Below the pieces are notes generated by a model, which was given only the letters and a program-made list of their open reading frames with translations, was not told the DNA's origin and did no database searches. Positions 35,503 to 48,310 of a DNA stretch of 64,000 nt are shown here, one piece after another. The stretch is from Mobula hypostoma (Eukaryota). Numbering within the stretch: position 1 is the first letter of the stretch; each line of letters opens with the position of its first letter. The stretch lies in NCBI RefSeq assembly GCF_963921235.1, contig NC_086108.1, positions 85,500,001 to 85,564,000 on the forward strand, in the 5' to 3' direction. The translations under genes and the position numbers were made by a program.

Positions 35503-36893
35503 ATATAACCATACAACAATTGCAGCACGAAAACAGGCCATCTCGGCCCTTCTAGTCTGTGCCGAACGCTTGCTCTCACCTAGTCCCACTGACCTGCACT
35601 CAGCCCATAACCCTCCATTCCTTTCCTGTCCATATAGCTATCCAATTTAACTTTAAATGACAACATCAAACCTGCCTCAACCACTTCTGCTGGAAGCTCG
35701 TTCCACACAGCTACCACTCTCTGAGTAAAGAAGTTCCCCCTCATGTTACCTTTAAACTTTTGCCCTTTAACTCTCAACTCAATTCCTCTTGTTTGAATCT
35801 CCCCCCCCCCCATGGAAAAAGCCTATCCATGTTAACTCTACCTATCCCCCTCATAATTTTAATACCTCTTTCAAGTCCCCCCTCAACCCTCTACGCTCCA
35901 AAGAATGAAGACCCAACTTGTTCAGCCTTTCTCTGTAACTTAGGAGATGAAACCCAGGTAACATTCTCGTAAATCTTCTCTGTACTCTCTCAATTTTGCT
36001 GACACCTTTCCTATATTCAGTGACCAGAACTGTACACAATACTCCAAATTTGGCCTTACCAATGCCTTGTACAATTTCAACATTACATCCCAATTTCTAT
36101 ACTCAATGCTCTGATTTATAAAGGCCAGCATACCAAAAGATTTCTTCACCACCGTATCCACATGAGATTCCACCTTCAGGGAACTATGTACCATTATTCC
36201 TAGATCCCTCTGTTCTACTGCAATCTTCAATGCCCTACCATTTACCATGTATGTCCTATTTTGATTAGTCCTACCAAAATTAGCACCTCACATTTATCAG
36301 CATTAAACTCCATCTGCCATCTTTCAGCCCACTCTTCTAACCAGCCTAAATCTCTCTGTAAGCTTTGAAAAGCTGCTTCATTATCCACAACTCCACCTAC
36401 CTTAGTATCATCTGCATACTTGCTAATCCAATTTACCACCCCATCATCCAGATCATTAATATATATGACAAACAACATTGGACCCAGTACAGATCCTTGA
36501 GGCACACCACTAGTCACCAGCCTCCAATCTGACAAACAGTTATCCACCACTACTCTCTGGCGTCTCCCATCCAGCCACTGCTGAATCCATCTTACTACTT
36601 CAATATTAATACCTAACGATTGAACCTTCCTAACTAACCTTCCATGTGGAACCTTGTCAAAGGCCTTACTGAAGTCCATATAGACAGCATCCACTTTACC
36701 CTCGTCAACTTTCCTAGCAACCTCTTCAAAAAATACAATATGATTTGTCAAACATGACTTTCCACGCACAAATCCATGTTGACTGTTCCTAATCAGACCC
36801 TGTCTATCCAGATAATTATATATACCATCTCTAAGAATATTTTCCATCAATTTACCCACCACTGACGTCAAACTCACAGGCTGAAAATTGCTG
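35503..36893 (-). mobile_element. CR1 LINE 3' half (RT), relatively young, nested antisense in a CR1
   Basis: ORF 36242-36877 'SLTSVVGKLME...SQHGFVRGKSCLTN...SGVPQGSVLGPMLFVIYINDLD...YADDTKVGG'. Confidence 0.92.
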
Positions 36894-39364
36894 TAATGTA
36901 AATGCCACTTTACTCTCTAAAATGGGAGAGAGGCAGAAGAAAGGAAATTATAGGCCAATTATCCGGACCTCAGTGGTTGGGAAAATGTTGGAGGTGATTG
37001 TTCAGGACGTGGATTCGTGGTACATGGAGGCACATGATAAAATAGGCTATAGTCAGCATGGTTTTCTCAAGGGAAAATCTTGCCTGACAAATCTGTTGGA
37101 AATAACAAGCAAGATAGACAAAAGAGAATTGGTTGATGTTGTATACTTGGATATTCAGAAGGCCTTTGACAAGGTGTCACACATGAGGTTGTTTAACAAG
37201 TTATGAGCCCATGGTATTACAGGGAAGATTCTAGCATGGATAAAGCAGTAGCTGATTAGTAGGAGGCAAAGAGTAGGAATGAAGAGGGCCTTTTCTGGTT
37301 GGCTGCAGTGACTAGTGGTGTTCCACATGTGCCTATGTTGGAACTGCTTCTTTATATGTTATACATCAATGAGTTAGATGATGGAATTGATGGCTTTGTT
37401 GCAAAATTTTCAAACGATATGAAGATAGGTGGAGGGGCAGGTAGTTTTGAGGAAGTAGAGAGGCTACAGAAGGACTTAGACGTATTAGGAAAAGAGACAA
37501 AGAAGTGGCAGATGGAATACAGTGTCAGGAAATGTGCGATTATGCACCTTGGTGGTAGAATTAATAGTGTAGACTATTTTCTAATTGGAGAGAAAATTCA
37601 GAAATTGGAGGCACAAAGGGAATTGAGAGTCCTTGTGCAGGATTCTCTAAAGGTTAATTTGCAGGTTTAGACTGTGGTGAGGAAGGCAACTGCAATGCTA
37701 GCAATCATTTCAAGAGAACTAGAATATGAAAGCAAGTATGTAATGTTGAGGCTTTGTAAAACTCAGGCCTTACATGGAGTATTATGAGCAGCTTTGTGCT
37801 ACCACTGGTGAGTGTTTAAAGGAGGTTCATGAAAATAATTCCAGGATTGAACAGCTTGTCATATGAAGAGCATCTGATGGCTCTGGTCCTGTACTCATTA
37901 GAATTCAGGAGAATGAGGTGTGACCAAATTGAAACCTATCAAATGGTGAAAGATCTTGATGGAGTGGATGTGGGGGAGAATGTTTCCTATGGACCAGATG
38001 ACACAGTCTCTAAACAGAGAGATGTCCTCTTGGAATGGAAATGAAGAGGAATTTCTTCAGCCAGAGAGTGGTGAATCTGTGGAACTCTTAACCACAGCTG
38101 TGGAGACAAAGTCTTTATGTATATTTAATGCAGAGGCTGATAGATCCTTTATTAGTCAGGGCATAAAGGAATATAGGGAGAAGGCAGGAGATTAGGGCTG
38201 AGAGGAAAAGTGGATCAACTATGATGAAATGACGTAGCAGAATTAATGGATAAACGATGAAATTCTGCTCTTATATCTTATGGTCTTATGGTCTAAAACT
38301 ATACACACAGAGAGATAGACAAGCTGAGTAATTACAAAAAAGCAAATACTACTACTACTAATAATAATTAATAATGTTGAGAACATGAGTTGTGGAGTCC
38401 TTGAAAGTGCAGCCATAAGTTGTGTTGAGGTGAGCGAAGTTATCCATGATGGTTCGGGATCCTGATGTTTGAAGGGTAAAAACTGTTCCTGAATCTGGTG
38501 GTGTGGGATCTAAGTCTCCTGTACCTCCTTCCAGATGGCACCAGTGAGAAGAGAATATGGCCTGGATTTCAAACGATATGAAGATAGGGTCCTTGATGAT
38601 GGATGCTGCTTTGTTGTAGCAGCGCTCTATGTCGATGTGCTCAATGGTGTGGAGTATCTATTCCTGTGAAGGATTGGCGTGTATTCACTACTTTTTGTCG
38701 ATTTTTTTTTCACCATTGGTGTTTCCATACAAGGTTGTGAGGCAAGCAGCTAGGATACTCTCCACTGTGCAGCTATAGAAGATGCTTCCTTTGCATTTAC
38801 TGTCAAGATTTGCAAAAGCATTGCACTCATATATTTCAGCATGGCAATTCACTAGTCTGTGAAAAATACATTTAGTAAATCCAAAATTTATTAATGTGCA
38901 CTTTCATAGATGAGTTGCGTTGAATTGGTGAGTGGATGCCTCGTCATACGGAAACCAGACTGCCTCTGATTTTGTCACCAGATGAAATAAAATTAAAATT
39001 CTGTCTCAACAGCACAGGAGTGAATTGGATTGATGTTATTTGGCAACATGCCCAAAACTGAACAAAACAAAACTCAGTGTAAATATTTTTCTGATTTACA
39101 AACGTTGTGTATATGTTTGACTTTGGTACAATTCAGCTCAAAGGTTACATCAGGAAAAGTAATTTTAATTTTTAAGTCTGTTGGACAGATTTGGAGTCGG
39201 AGTCATAAAACACAGAAACAGGCTGCTTGACCTACTGAGACCCACTAACCACCAAGCTCCAATTTCCAACAAATTCATTTGATTTCCCACTAATCCATTT
39301 GATTTTATTCCCATCAACATCCCTCTGCACCCCCCTGCAACATTTTACCATCAAGCTACGGGTC

Positions 39365-39975
39365 GAAATCAGAATCAGAGTCAGAATCAGGTTTATACTA
39401 ACTTGGGATACGTCATGAAATTTATTGTTCTCTGGAAAAAATACAGAGCAATACATTAAAAAAATTACTGTAGGTTACAATAAATAAATAAATAGTGCTA
39501 AAGAGTGCTAAGTAGCGTTCATGGGTTGATGGACTGTTTAGAAATCTGATGGTGGAGGGGAAGAAGCCATTCCTAAAGTATTGAGTGTGCATCTTCAGGC
39601 TCCTGTACTTCCTCCTGGATGATAGTAATAAGAAGAAGGCATGTGAAGAAGAGGGTGGTGAAGGTCTTTAATGATGAATGCCATCTTTTGAAGATGTCCT
39701 CGGTGTGGAGACTAATACCCATGATGGAGCTGATTGAGTCCACAATCATCTGCAGCCTTTTATTTATCCTGTGAATTGGAGCCCCCCGCTAACCAGACAG
39801 TGATGCAACCAGTTAAGATGCTGTCCATTGTATATCTGTAGAAATTCACTCCAGTCTTTGGACACATACTAAATCTCCTCAGACTCCTAATGAAATATAG
39901 CTGCTTGTTTGCTTCCTTCACAATTGCATCAACATGTTGGGTCCAGGATAGACAAATCCTCTGAGAGATGTTGCC
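39365..39975 (-). mobile_element. Rex1/Babar 3' fragment
   Basis: 'LSWTQHVDAIVKEANKQLYFIRSLRRF...FYRYTMDSILTGCITVW'; (ctgatt)n tail at ~39367. Confidence 0.8.
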
Positions 39976-40301
39976 CCTCTGACATGAGAGGGGCAATTTA
40001 CTGTGACCAATTAACTTGTCAAATCACACATCTTTAAGACATTGTATGAAACTTGAGCATCTTGAAGAAACTTATGTGATCACATGCAGAATGTGCAAAC
40101 TCCACATAGACAGCTCCAGAGGAGCTTGGAGCTGAGATCCAACAGCTCTAATCCATTGTGCAGTGCTTGGGGCTGCCAGTGTTAACTTTCCATCCAATTA
40201 AAATTAATATATGCAATAATAATGTTTCCTTAAAAAATTAATATGTATCATCTGAAGTATAATAGCAACAATCTCTGAAACACTTGAAAGATAAACTAAA
40301 T

Positions 40302-40932
40302 ATGACATGGGTGATCATGGTCTTATGACTATGATTGTTCTTGACAAATTTTTCTACAGAAGTAGTTTGCCATTGCGTTCTTCTGGGCAGTGACTTTACT
40401 AGATGGGTGACTGCCATTATCAATACTCTTCAGAGATTGTCTGGTGTCAATGGTCACATAACCAGGACTTGTGATATGCACCAGCTGCTCACAGGACCAT
40501 CCACCATCTGCTCTCATGGCTTCATGTGACTCTGATCAGGGGAGGGCTAAACAGGTGCTACATCTTACCCAAGGGTGACCTGCAGGCTAACGGAGGAAGG
40601 AGTGCTTTATGCTCCTTTGATAGATACATATCTTCACCTCAGCACCCAAATATGGACTTAAATGACCAGTTAGAATACTCATACCAATAATAAGAGAAAG
40701 GCAATTCAGATTCCTGGGACACACCATGTGGAAAGATGAACTAGAAAAACTCATACTTTCTGGAAAGATCGAGGGGAGCAAACCTATAGGAAGACCTTGG
40801 CTTATGTACATCAAAAGCCTAGCCAGGTGGCTGCACATCGAGGAAATGGAAGTCATCCACAGAACGAAAGATAGATCTATATGGAAAACCGTGGTCACCA
40901 ACCTCCACATCGGATATGGTATCTAGACAGAC
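40302..40932 (+). mobile_element. RTE LINE insertion with inverted 5'UTR-like segment (~40302-40660) plus sense 3' end (~40665-40932)
   Basis: Minus strand 'gaagaacgcaatggcaaactacttctgtagaaaaatttgtcaagaacaatcat' (RTE 5'UTR motif); plus strand 'FLGHTMWKDELEKLILSGKIEGSKPIGRP' with (agac)n tail; TSD agataaactaaat/agattaacttaat (11/13). Confidence 0.75.
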
Positions 40933-41109
40933 AGATTAACTTAATTGGAACAAATTGTCACAGTAATATTTTATACAGGCATTCTCCAGTTTAAGGAGGT
41001 GCTGCTGAGGGCAAGAGACAATTTACTTGTGGTTTTAAAAGCATGAAGTACAACTACATATTTCATTAATAACACATTTTCTGTAAAGATTATGGTAAAC
41101 AATCACTGC

Positions 41110-41550
41110 AAACAATGAAGAGGTGAGCAAAAGCAAGGCTGAGCCAAGGGTTGAAGTGTGCAGGTGCGAGGCAAAGTCGGAGCAAGGTTGAGGCATATTT
41201 GAGATAGAGTCGAGGTGTGTGGAACAGAGGAGATTTGGGGCTCGTCCACCCAAACCACGAGTGAGGTCTGTTTGATCTAAGTGTTAGGATATTTACTCTG
41301 CAATGCACTGAACTGAGGGTGTGGGCCTGCTCTGGTTGTTCTGGGCTTCATGCCTGAGGACCAACTTTCATTCTAAACACTACTTGCTTACTTTTATTGC
41401 TTGCACAATTTGTGTTTTGTTCTCTCTGCACATTGGGTGTTTGTTGGTATTTTTTTAATGGGTTCTTTTGGGTTTCTTGTTTTGTGTTTGCCTGTAAGGA
41501 CATTGTATAATGTATACATTGACAATAAATGTACTTTGAACTTTGAAATT
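41110..41550 (+). mobile_element. Non-coding element with Rex1-type (TTTGAAC)n tail
   Basis: Shares blocks with 56500-57252 ('tgaactgagg..gggcct', 'gggttcttttgggtttcttg'); ends 'gacaataaatgtactttgaactttgaa'. Confidence 0.6.
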
Positions 41551-41699
41551 TATTGTTTATTATTGTCTTCAAAAGCACATTAATTGGGTAAAAGGGATGG
41601 ATAATTCTAGTTACAGAAGAGCAAACAATAAATGAGCCCCTTATAAATGTGGACAATTATCAAAATGCATGGTTAACAAAAAATATATAGAGCATTGAA

Positions 41700-42830
41700 C
41701 AGTAGAGTGCTGTGCATGAACAGGTTCAGCAGTCCATAGTGTTGTGCTCATTTAGTCAAGCTAATGACACCTAAGCCCTTCTGCCTGCACAAGGTCCTCA
41801 TCCCTCCGTTCACTTCATATTCATGAGCCCATCTAAGTGCCTCTTGAAAACCTCTACTATACCTACCTCCACAACCATCCCTGGCAGTGGAATCCAGCCA
41901 CCCACCACTCTTAGCAAAAACAACCTTGCCCCACACATCTCCCTTGAACTTTCCCACCCTCACCTTAAATGCATAATCCTCTAGAATTAGACATTTCAAT
42001 CCTAGGGAAAAGGAATCGCCAATCTATGCCTTCCTCATTTTTATAAACTTCTATTAGGTCACCTTTCAGCCTTTGCTGCTCCAGTGAAAACAACCCTCAT
42101 TTCCCAACCTCTATTTATATCTCCTATCCTCTAACTCAGCCAGCATCCTGGTAAACCTCTTTTGAACCTTCTTCGTAGCCTCCATATCCTTCTTAAAAAT
42201 GGGGTGAACAGACCTGAATGCAAAACTCTAGATGTTGTAGCTAAACAGTGGTTAAGCTACACCATGGCATCCTTACTCTTGAACTCAATGCCTCAAGCGA
42301 TAAAGGCAAGCATGCCATTCTCCTTTACTCCCCCGTACACTTGTGAAGAGCCTGGACTTTGGATCCGAAGAACGCTTTGTACATTAACATTGCTAAGGTT
42401 CCTGCCACTTAACTGTGTACTGTCCCTTTATATTTGACCTCCTAAACCGCAACACCTCACACTTGCCTGGGTGAAAGTCCACCTGCCATTTCTCCATCCA
42501 TATCTGCAGTTGATTGATATCCTGCTGCACCCTTTAGCGATCTTCCACACTGTCCACGTTGCCACCAATGTTTATCTCCTTGGTCAACATATTAAACCAC
42601 ACATCCATGTTTTCACCCAGGTTATTTATTTAGTTATTTTTCAAACAGCAGAGGTCCGGAGGTCAATGAGTCTTATTTTGACTGGAGTTCAATGGCTAGT
42701 CGTGTCTGCAGGACACCATTATTCATGGAACTCCATTCAAAATAAGACTCATTGACCCCTATCCTCGGTCTTCTATGGGAAAGCCAATTATGAATCTAAA
42801 CAGAGAAGTCACCAAGGATCCCGATGCATC
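41700..42830 (-). mobile_element. Old CR1 3' fragment
   Basis: 'FKVRVGKFKGDVWG' and degraded RT/3' sequence similar to other CR1 copies. Confidence 0.7.
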
Positions 42831-42979
42831 TTAACAGGTTCATTTCAAGGTTCTGACTGCTTGAACTGTTGAATGCAAATATTAATGTCAGCTTTCTTGC
42901 TGTATAGAAAAATGATTGGCTAATTATTTAAGAAGGCAATAGAAGGAATTAAGAAGGAATTATTTAAGAAAGGAATAAG

Positions 42980-43250
42980 AAGGGGGAAAAGTTTAAAGGG
43001 AACATTAGGGGGGGCTTCTTCACACAGAGAGTGGTGGGAGTGTGGAATGAGCTGCCAGACGAGGTGGTAAATGCGGGTTCTTTTTTAACATTTAAGAATA
43101 AATTGGACAGCTACATGGATGGGAGGTATATGGAGGGATATGGTCCATGTGCAGGTCAGTGGGACTAGGCAGAAAATGGTTTGGCACAGCCAAGATGGGC
43201 CAAAAGGCCTGTTTCTGTGCTGTAGTTTTTCTATGGTTTCTATGGTTTCT
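42980..43250 (+). mobile_element. Short CR1 3' end with (CTATGGTTT)n tail
   Basis: 'gggaacattagggggggcttcttcacacagagagtggtgg...ctatggtttctatggtttcta'. Confidence 0.85.
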
Positions 43251-43874
43251 AAGGGTGGGAGAGAGAAACCAGGTAATTACAGGCTTGTGAATTTTGTGTC
43301 AGCTGTCAGGAAGCTATTGGAATATATCACTATGTATATAAAGACAGAACATTGGAAAATAGGGACAGGAGCCTCAGGACTCACACCACCAAGTTCAGGA
43401 ACTGCTGTTACCCCTGAACCATCAGGCTCTTGAACCAAAGGGGATAACTTCAGTCTATTTCACTTGCCGCATCACTGAAATGTTCCCACAAGCTATGGAC
43501 TTATTTCCAGGGACTCTTCATCTCATGTTGTTGATACTTATTGCTTATTTACTATTAATGTTATTATGTCTTTCTTTTTATATTTGTACAGTTTGTTGAC
43601 TTTTGCACACTAGTTGTATGCCCAGTTGGTGTGGTCTTTCATTGATCCTATTATAGTTATTGGATTTATTGAGTATGCCCACAAGAAAATGAATCTCAGG
43701 TTTGTATATGGTGACATATATGTACTTTGATAATATATTTACTTCAAACTTTGAAATTTGAATTTGACATTATTTCACAGTGGAAATCATGGGCTAAAAT
43801 AAACATTTTCACTACCAGAACTTTTGACTTAGATGGAAAGTAGGTAGCAAGATGTAGGGTTACAGTGTAGGCAC

Positions 43875-44160
43875 AGCATGGTAGCAGAGTGTAGTGGTTA
43901 GCACAATCATTTACAGAGCCAGTTGTAAGGGTTCAATTCTCACTGCTGTCTGTAGGGAGTTTGTACATTCTCCCTGTGACTGCATGGATTTTCCCTGGGT
44001 GCTCTAGTTTCATCCCACATTCCAGAGATGTATGGATTAGGGTTAGTGAGTTGTGGTCATGCTATGCTGGTGCTGGTAGAAACACTTTGTGGGCTGCCCA
44101 GCACAGTCCTTGCTGATTTGTTTTGATGCAAATGATGCTTACAAAAAAGCTGATCTTCAT
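43875..44160 (+). mobile_element. V-SINE-core SINE
   Basis: 'gtgtagtggttagcac...ggttcaattc...ttccctgggtgctctagtttcatcccacattcc', homologous to 775-1078. Confidence 0.7.
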
Positions 44161-44924
44161 CTTTAGATGATCTGTTTGATAGGATGTCCCATTAAAAACC
44201 TTAGCCCTTCACCAAATTTAATATTAAGTTAGGGTCAGGAAGAGAGATATAATTTAGATTGAGGGAGTGGGCAAAACTATAAAAAGTGGATTCCATTATG
44301 GAGAATTGAAGGTCATTCAATCAGGAACCAAGGAGGATAAATTTAAGAGCCTTCTATGTAGTGGGAAGCTGGCAACTTCAGAACAGCAAAGTCCTGAGTA
44401 ATTTAATAAACCAAATCATTAAAATTGAGTAGGTGCAGGAACAATCAAAAATGATAATGGAATGTTAGCTTTAATCCCCAGAGACAGATGGAAATGGGAG
44501 GAAGAAATGTTTAGGCAGCTCAGACTCTTTATGAGACAGTATCTGCTTTCAATCTTAAGTATCATAACTCAGAAATTGATCTTGGAAGTGTATCATTCAA
44601 ATTCGCGACGATGATATTGTAGTTTAGCAGACTCGGCATAGTGATATTAAACTTGATCTTTGTACTCTTTGGCCATCTTCTTTATTGTGACTTCAATCCA
44701 ACTTCCCATAAGATGTGCTTCTAACATTTTGGGGTTAGTGTGACTGAACCATGTCAAGTGCATTGTGATGTATTCTGGGAAATTATTTACAGTTGCCTGC
44801 CTGATATGCCCAAATGATTCCATGATAACATTGCATTTCTTCAGAATCTCAATTTGTTCAGGCTCCACTGTGTATTGCAGTTATAATTGGCCTCAATTGC
44901 ACACTGGCTATTGAGTTTACATCA

Positions 44925-45822
44925 GAGATGTCCTCCTTCTTTAAACAACTGGGTTTCCCTCCCTCTATTATTGATGCCCATTCCAGAATATCAAAGATGT
45001 TCTCCTTCTTTAAAGAATGGGGTTTCCCTCAAACTACTATTGATGCTGCCCTCACCTGCATCATCTTCATTTCCCATACATCTGTGCTCGCCCCATCTTC
45101 CCGCTACCATAATATTGATAGAGTCCCTCTTGTCCTTACCTGCCACCCCATCAGCCTCCGCATCCAACCGATCATCCTCTGCAACTTCCTCCAAAGGTAC
45201 CCTACCACTAAACATGTCTTTACCTCCCCAGCATTCTGTTTTCCGCAGGGATCGCTCACTCTGTGATTCTCTTGTCCACTTATCCCTCCCCAATATCCAC
45301 CCTTCAGGCACTAATCCCTGCAAGTGGCCTAAGTACTACACCTGCCCATACACCTCCTCCCTCAGCTCCATTCAGGGCTCCAAACAGTCTGTCCAGGTGA
45401 GGCAGCACTTCACCTGCAAGTCTGCTGGGGTATTCGATTGTGTCCGGTGCTTCTGATGTGTCTTCCTCTACATTGGTGAGACCCTTTGTAAATTGGGGGA
45501 CTGCTTTGTCGAGCACCTCTGCACCATTTGCCAGAAACGGGACTTCCCTGTGGCCAAACAGTTTAATTCCAATTCCCATTCTCATTCTGACATGTCAATC
45601 TATGACCTCCTCTTGTGCCAAGGTGATGCCACCCTCAGGGTGGAGGAGCAACACCTCATATTCCGTACGCTACAAACTTGATGGTGTGAATATTGATTTC
45701 TCCTTCTGCTGATCAAATATTCCCACCTGATCTTCTCATCAGCCTATTACTTACCCCTGAGTCCCCTCCTCCTTCCCTTTCTACTCTGGAGCACTGTATT
45801 CTCCTCTCAGATTCCTTCTCCT
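44925..45822 (+). mobile_element. Penelope-like element fragment (RT C-terminus, Cys-rich linker, GIY-YIG; Neptune-like)
   Basis: 'FFKEWGFPQTTIDAA', 'RVPLVLTCHP', 'GTNPCKWPKYYTCPY', 'FTCKSAGVFDCVRC', 'LYIGET', 'FPVAKQFNS', 'RVEEQHLIFR'. Confidence 0.88.
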
Positions 45823-45975
45823 AACTATTCGAGGATGACACAACAGTGGTTGGCCGTATCAAGAACATTGATGAGGAGGTTCAGACAAACAATCCCCTCT
45901 GCGAATACTTGGTTCCTCCGCAGGGAGAGAGTTAGGTGCACCAAGTTCCTGGGAGTTCAGATCCGGATGACTTCA

Positions 45976-47064
45976 TCATCATCATCATCAGGTGCTGTGC
46001 CCAGTTTGAACTTTGACTGCCATGGCCCACACACTCCTGTTTCGAGTCAAGTGGATCAATTCATTGGTATTCATTTCCAGTTCTCTGGCTGCTGTCTCCA
46101 TCATCATTTGTCTTTGTCTTCCTTTTGCTTTCTTCCCTTCAATCTTTCCCATAATTACCGTGCATTCTAACTCCTCTTTCCTAATCACATGTCCAATGAA
46201 GTTACGTTGCCTTTTCATGATTTCTCTTTTTGTGTTTGCTCTGTTCATGACATCCTCATTAGATATTCGTTTCATCCATGATATTCTTTGCATCCTCCTC
46301 AAAAACCACATCTCTGCTGCTTCAATTTGTTTCCTCATGTTACTAGATATTGTCCAACATTCTGAGCCATATAACGTAACTGGATAAACGTAACATTTCA
46401 GTACTCTGAGGCAGGTTGTCATGCCTAGTTTAGTATTGGTCAGTATACTCTTCATTCTCGTAAAGGTGTTTTTTTTGCCATCCCTATTCTTCTTTTGATG
46501 TCCATGTCACACCTGCCATCTGATGTCACCCAGCTTCCTAAGTAGCAAAAGTTCTGTACTTGCTTTATGTCTTCCCCGTTTATTCTCAGCTTGCAGATAG
46601 GATTCTCCTTCTTTTTAGATATCACCGTACATTCTGTCTTTTTGTAATTGATAGATAGACCCATTTTTGCACTTTCTGCAACAATTATATCAATTAAGTT
46701 TTGTAGTTCTTCCTCTGTACTTGCAATTAACACAGTGTCATCTGCATATCTGAAATTATTGATGTTTTCACCACCAACTTTGATTCCCAAGATGTCTGTT
46801 ATTTTTTGTAATACTTGTTTCACTGTACACATTAAATAAATCAAGGGAGAAAACATAACTTTGTCTAATGCCTCTCTTGATTTTCATAAACTGACTCACT
46901 TCTCCATCTATTCTTACAGCGGCAGTTTGTTCCCAGTACAGATTTCTGATTAGGCGGAGGTCTTTCGAATCTAGATCGAGAGTTTTCTGTAATATTTCAA
47001 ATAACTTACTGTGCTTCACTCTATCAAATGCTTTTGTGTAGTCGATAAAACAAACAAATCTAAA
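45976..47064 (-). mobile_element. 5'-truncated RTE-clade LINE
   Basis: 'FIDYTKAFDRV', 'NNFRYADDTVLIA', 'LYGSECWT', 'GHVIRKEELECTVIMGKIEGKKAKGRQR'; (TGA)n tail; perfect 11-bp TSD ggatgacttca (45965-45975, 47065-47075). Confidence 0.93.
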
Positions 47065-47371
47065 GGATGACTTCACCTTGTCCTTTAATATCGCCTCCCT
47101 GAACAAGTAGGCAAAGCAGCGCCTCCACTTCCCAAGAAGATTGAGGCAAGCAAGGCCCCCACCCGACATCCTAACTGCGTTTTACAGGAGCACCATTGAG
47201 AGTGTCCTGACAAGTTGCATCTCCACCTGGTATGGGAGCAGTCAAACATCGGACCTGAAGTCCCAACAAAGGACTGCGAGAACAGCTGAGAGGATCATAG
47301 GCGTCTCCCTACCATTCATCGGGGGTATTTATCAGGAGCACTGCATGTGCAGGGCCCTTGGTGTAATTAAG

Positions 47372-48008
47372 TGTAATGCTCAGCTATATTGGCTTGTATT
47401 TATCTGGGGGAAACCCCGTCCGCCACCCAACCTTGTCTCCCGGTTACGTTGGTTGCCGTGCAAATGCCACCTGATTCAGCTTCAAACATCAATCATCAGC
47501 CAGCACACAATGTACGTTTTACAAATTACACTTTATAAATCATACTAGGACTATGAGATTAATAGATGTATAATACAAAAGGGAATGGAAAAAAGGCGCC
47601 AGGCTTATCAAAGTTCAATTTCTTCGTGCACACGTTGGAGCTCGGGACCTTCTTTCTTCCCCCTGCGATCCACTCCGACCCCCTCGACCCGCAGCACGGG
47701 ACCACCCGAAGTGATCCACCGGAGCACTCCCAGCACGTCCGTCGTCCTCCCGGTCTCTCCTCCAACTCCCCGGCAAAACCCGTTTCCCAGCCATATGAGA
47801 TAGCATATCACCCCAAGAAAGAATAACATGGACACACATTGGTTCATTTGCCCAGTTATCAATAATATCACCCAAGCAAACTGCTAGCCAGAGAACTTTT
47901 CAGCATTTAACATAACAAAGAAGCCATTTTGATTAACATACGCAGTAACATAAAAGATTAACATAACAAAGAAGCCATTTTGATTAACATACGCAGAAAC
48001 TCCTTACA
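47372..48008. mobile_element. Solo LTR (637 bp) with an internal 39-bp duplication
   Basis: TGTAA...TTACA termini; TSD taag (47368-47371, 48009-48012); identical 39-mers at 47907-47945 and 47958-47996. Confidence 0.82.
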
Positions 48009-48310
48009 TAAGGATCCCACCTATCCATCCAGCATCTTCTTTGACTTTCTGCCATCAGGAAGGAGAATCCGATGCATAAAAACAAGAACAGTCAGGATGG
48101 GAAACAGTTTCTTCCCTCAGGCCATTAGGCTTCTGAACTCCCAACCACATCATATTCGAAGTGTCTCTGGTTAATCTGTTCTGTACCTACAATAGTTAAT
48201 ATCAATGCACTTTAGTTTGCTATTTATGTGTGATTCATGCGTAGATTTTATCCTTACCTTCATTAGTTATCGTGTGTTACGTGCTTTACATCCTGATTTG
48301 AAGAAACTTT

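Larger units (their letters stand above)
31878..38295 (+). mobile_element. CR1 LINE (ORF1 end to tail) split into pieces 31878-33258, 34835-35101 and 36897-38295 by nested insertions
   Basis: The CR1 consensus continues across the gaps ('aagtatttt|gcatcagtcttcact', 'ggaaaattgtaa|atgccact'); endonuclease and RT motifs; tail 'tcttatggtcttatggtcta'. Confidence 0.85.

Noticed and set aside
44647..44868. 73-aa minus-strand ORF in non-repeat DNA
   Set aside because: No recognisable domain or convincing splice signals.
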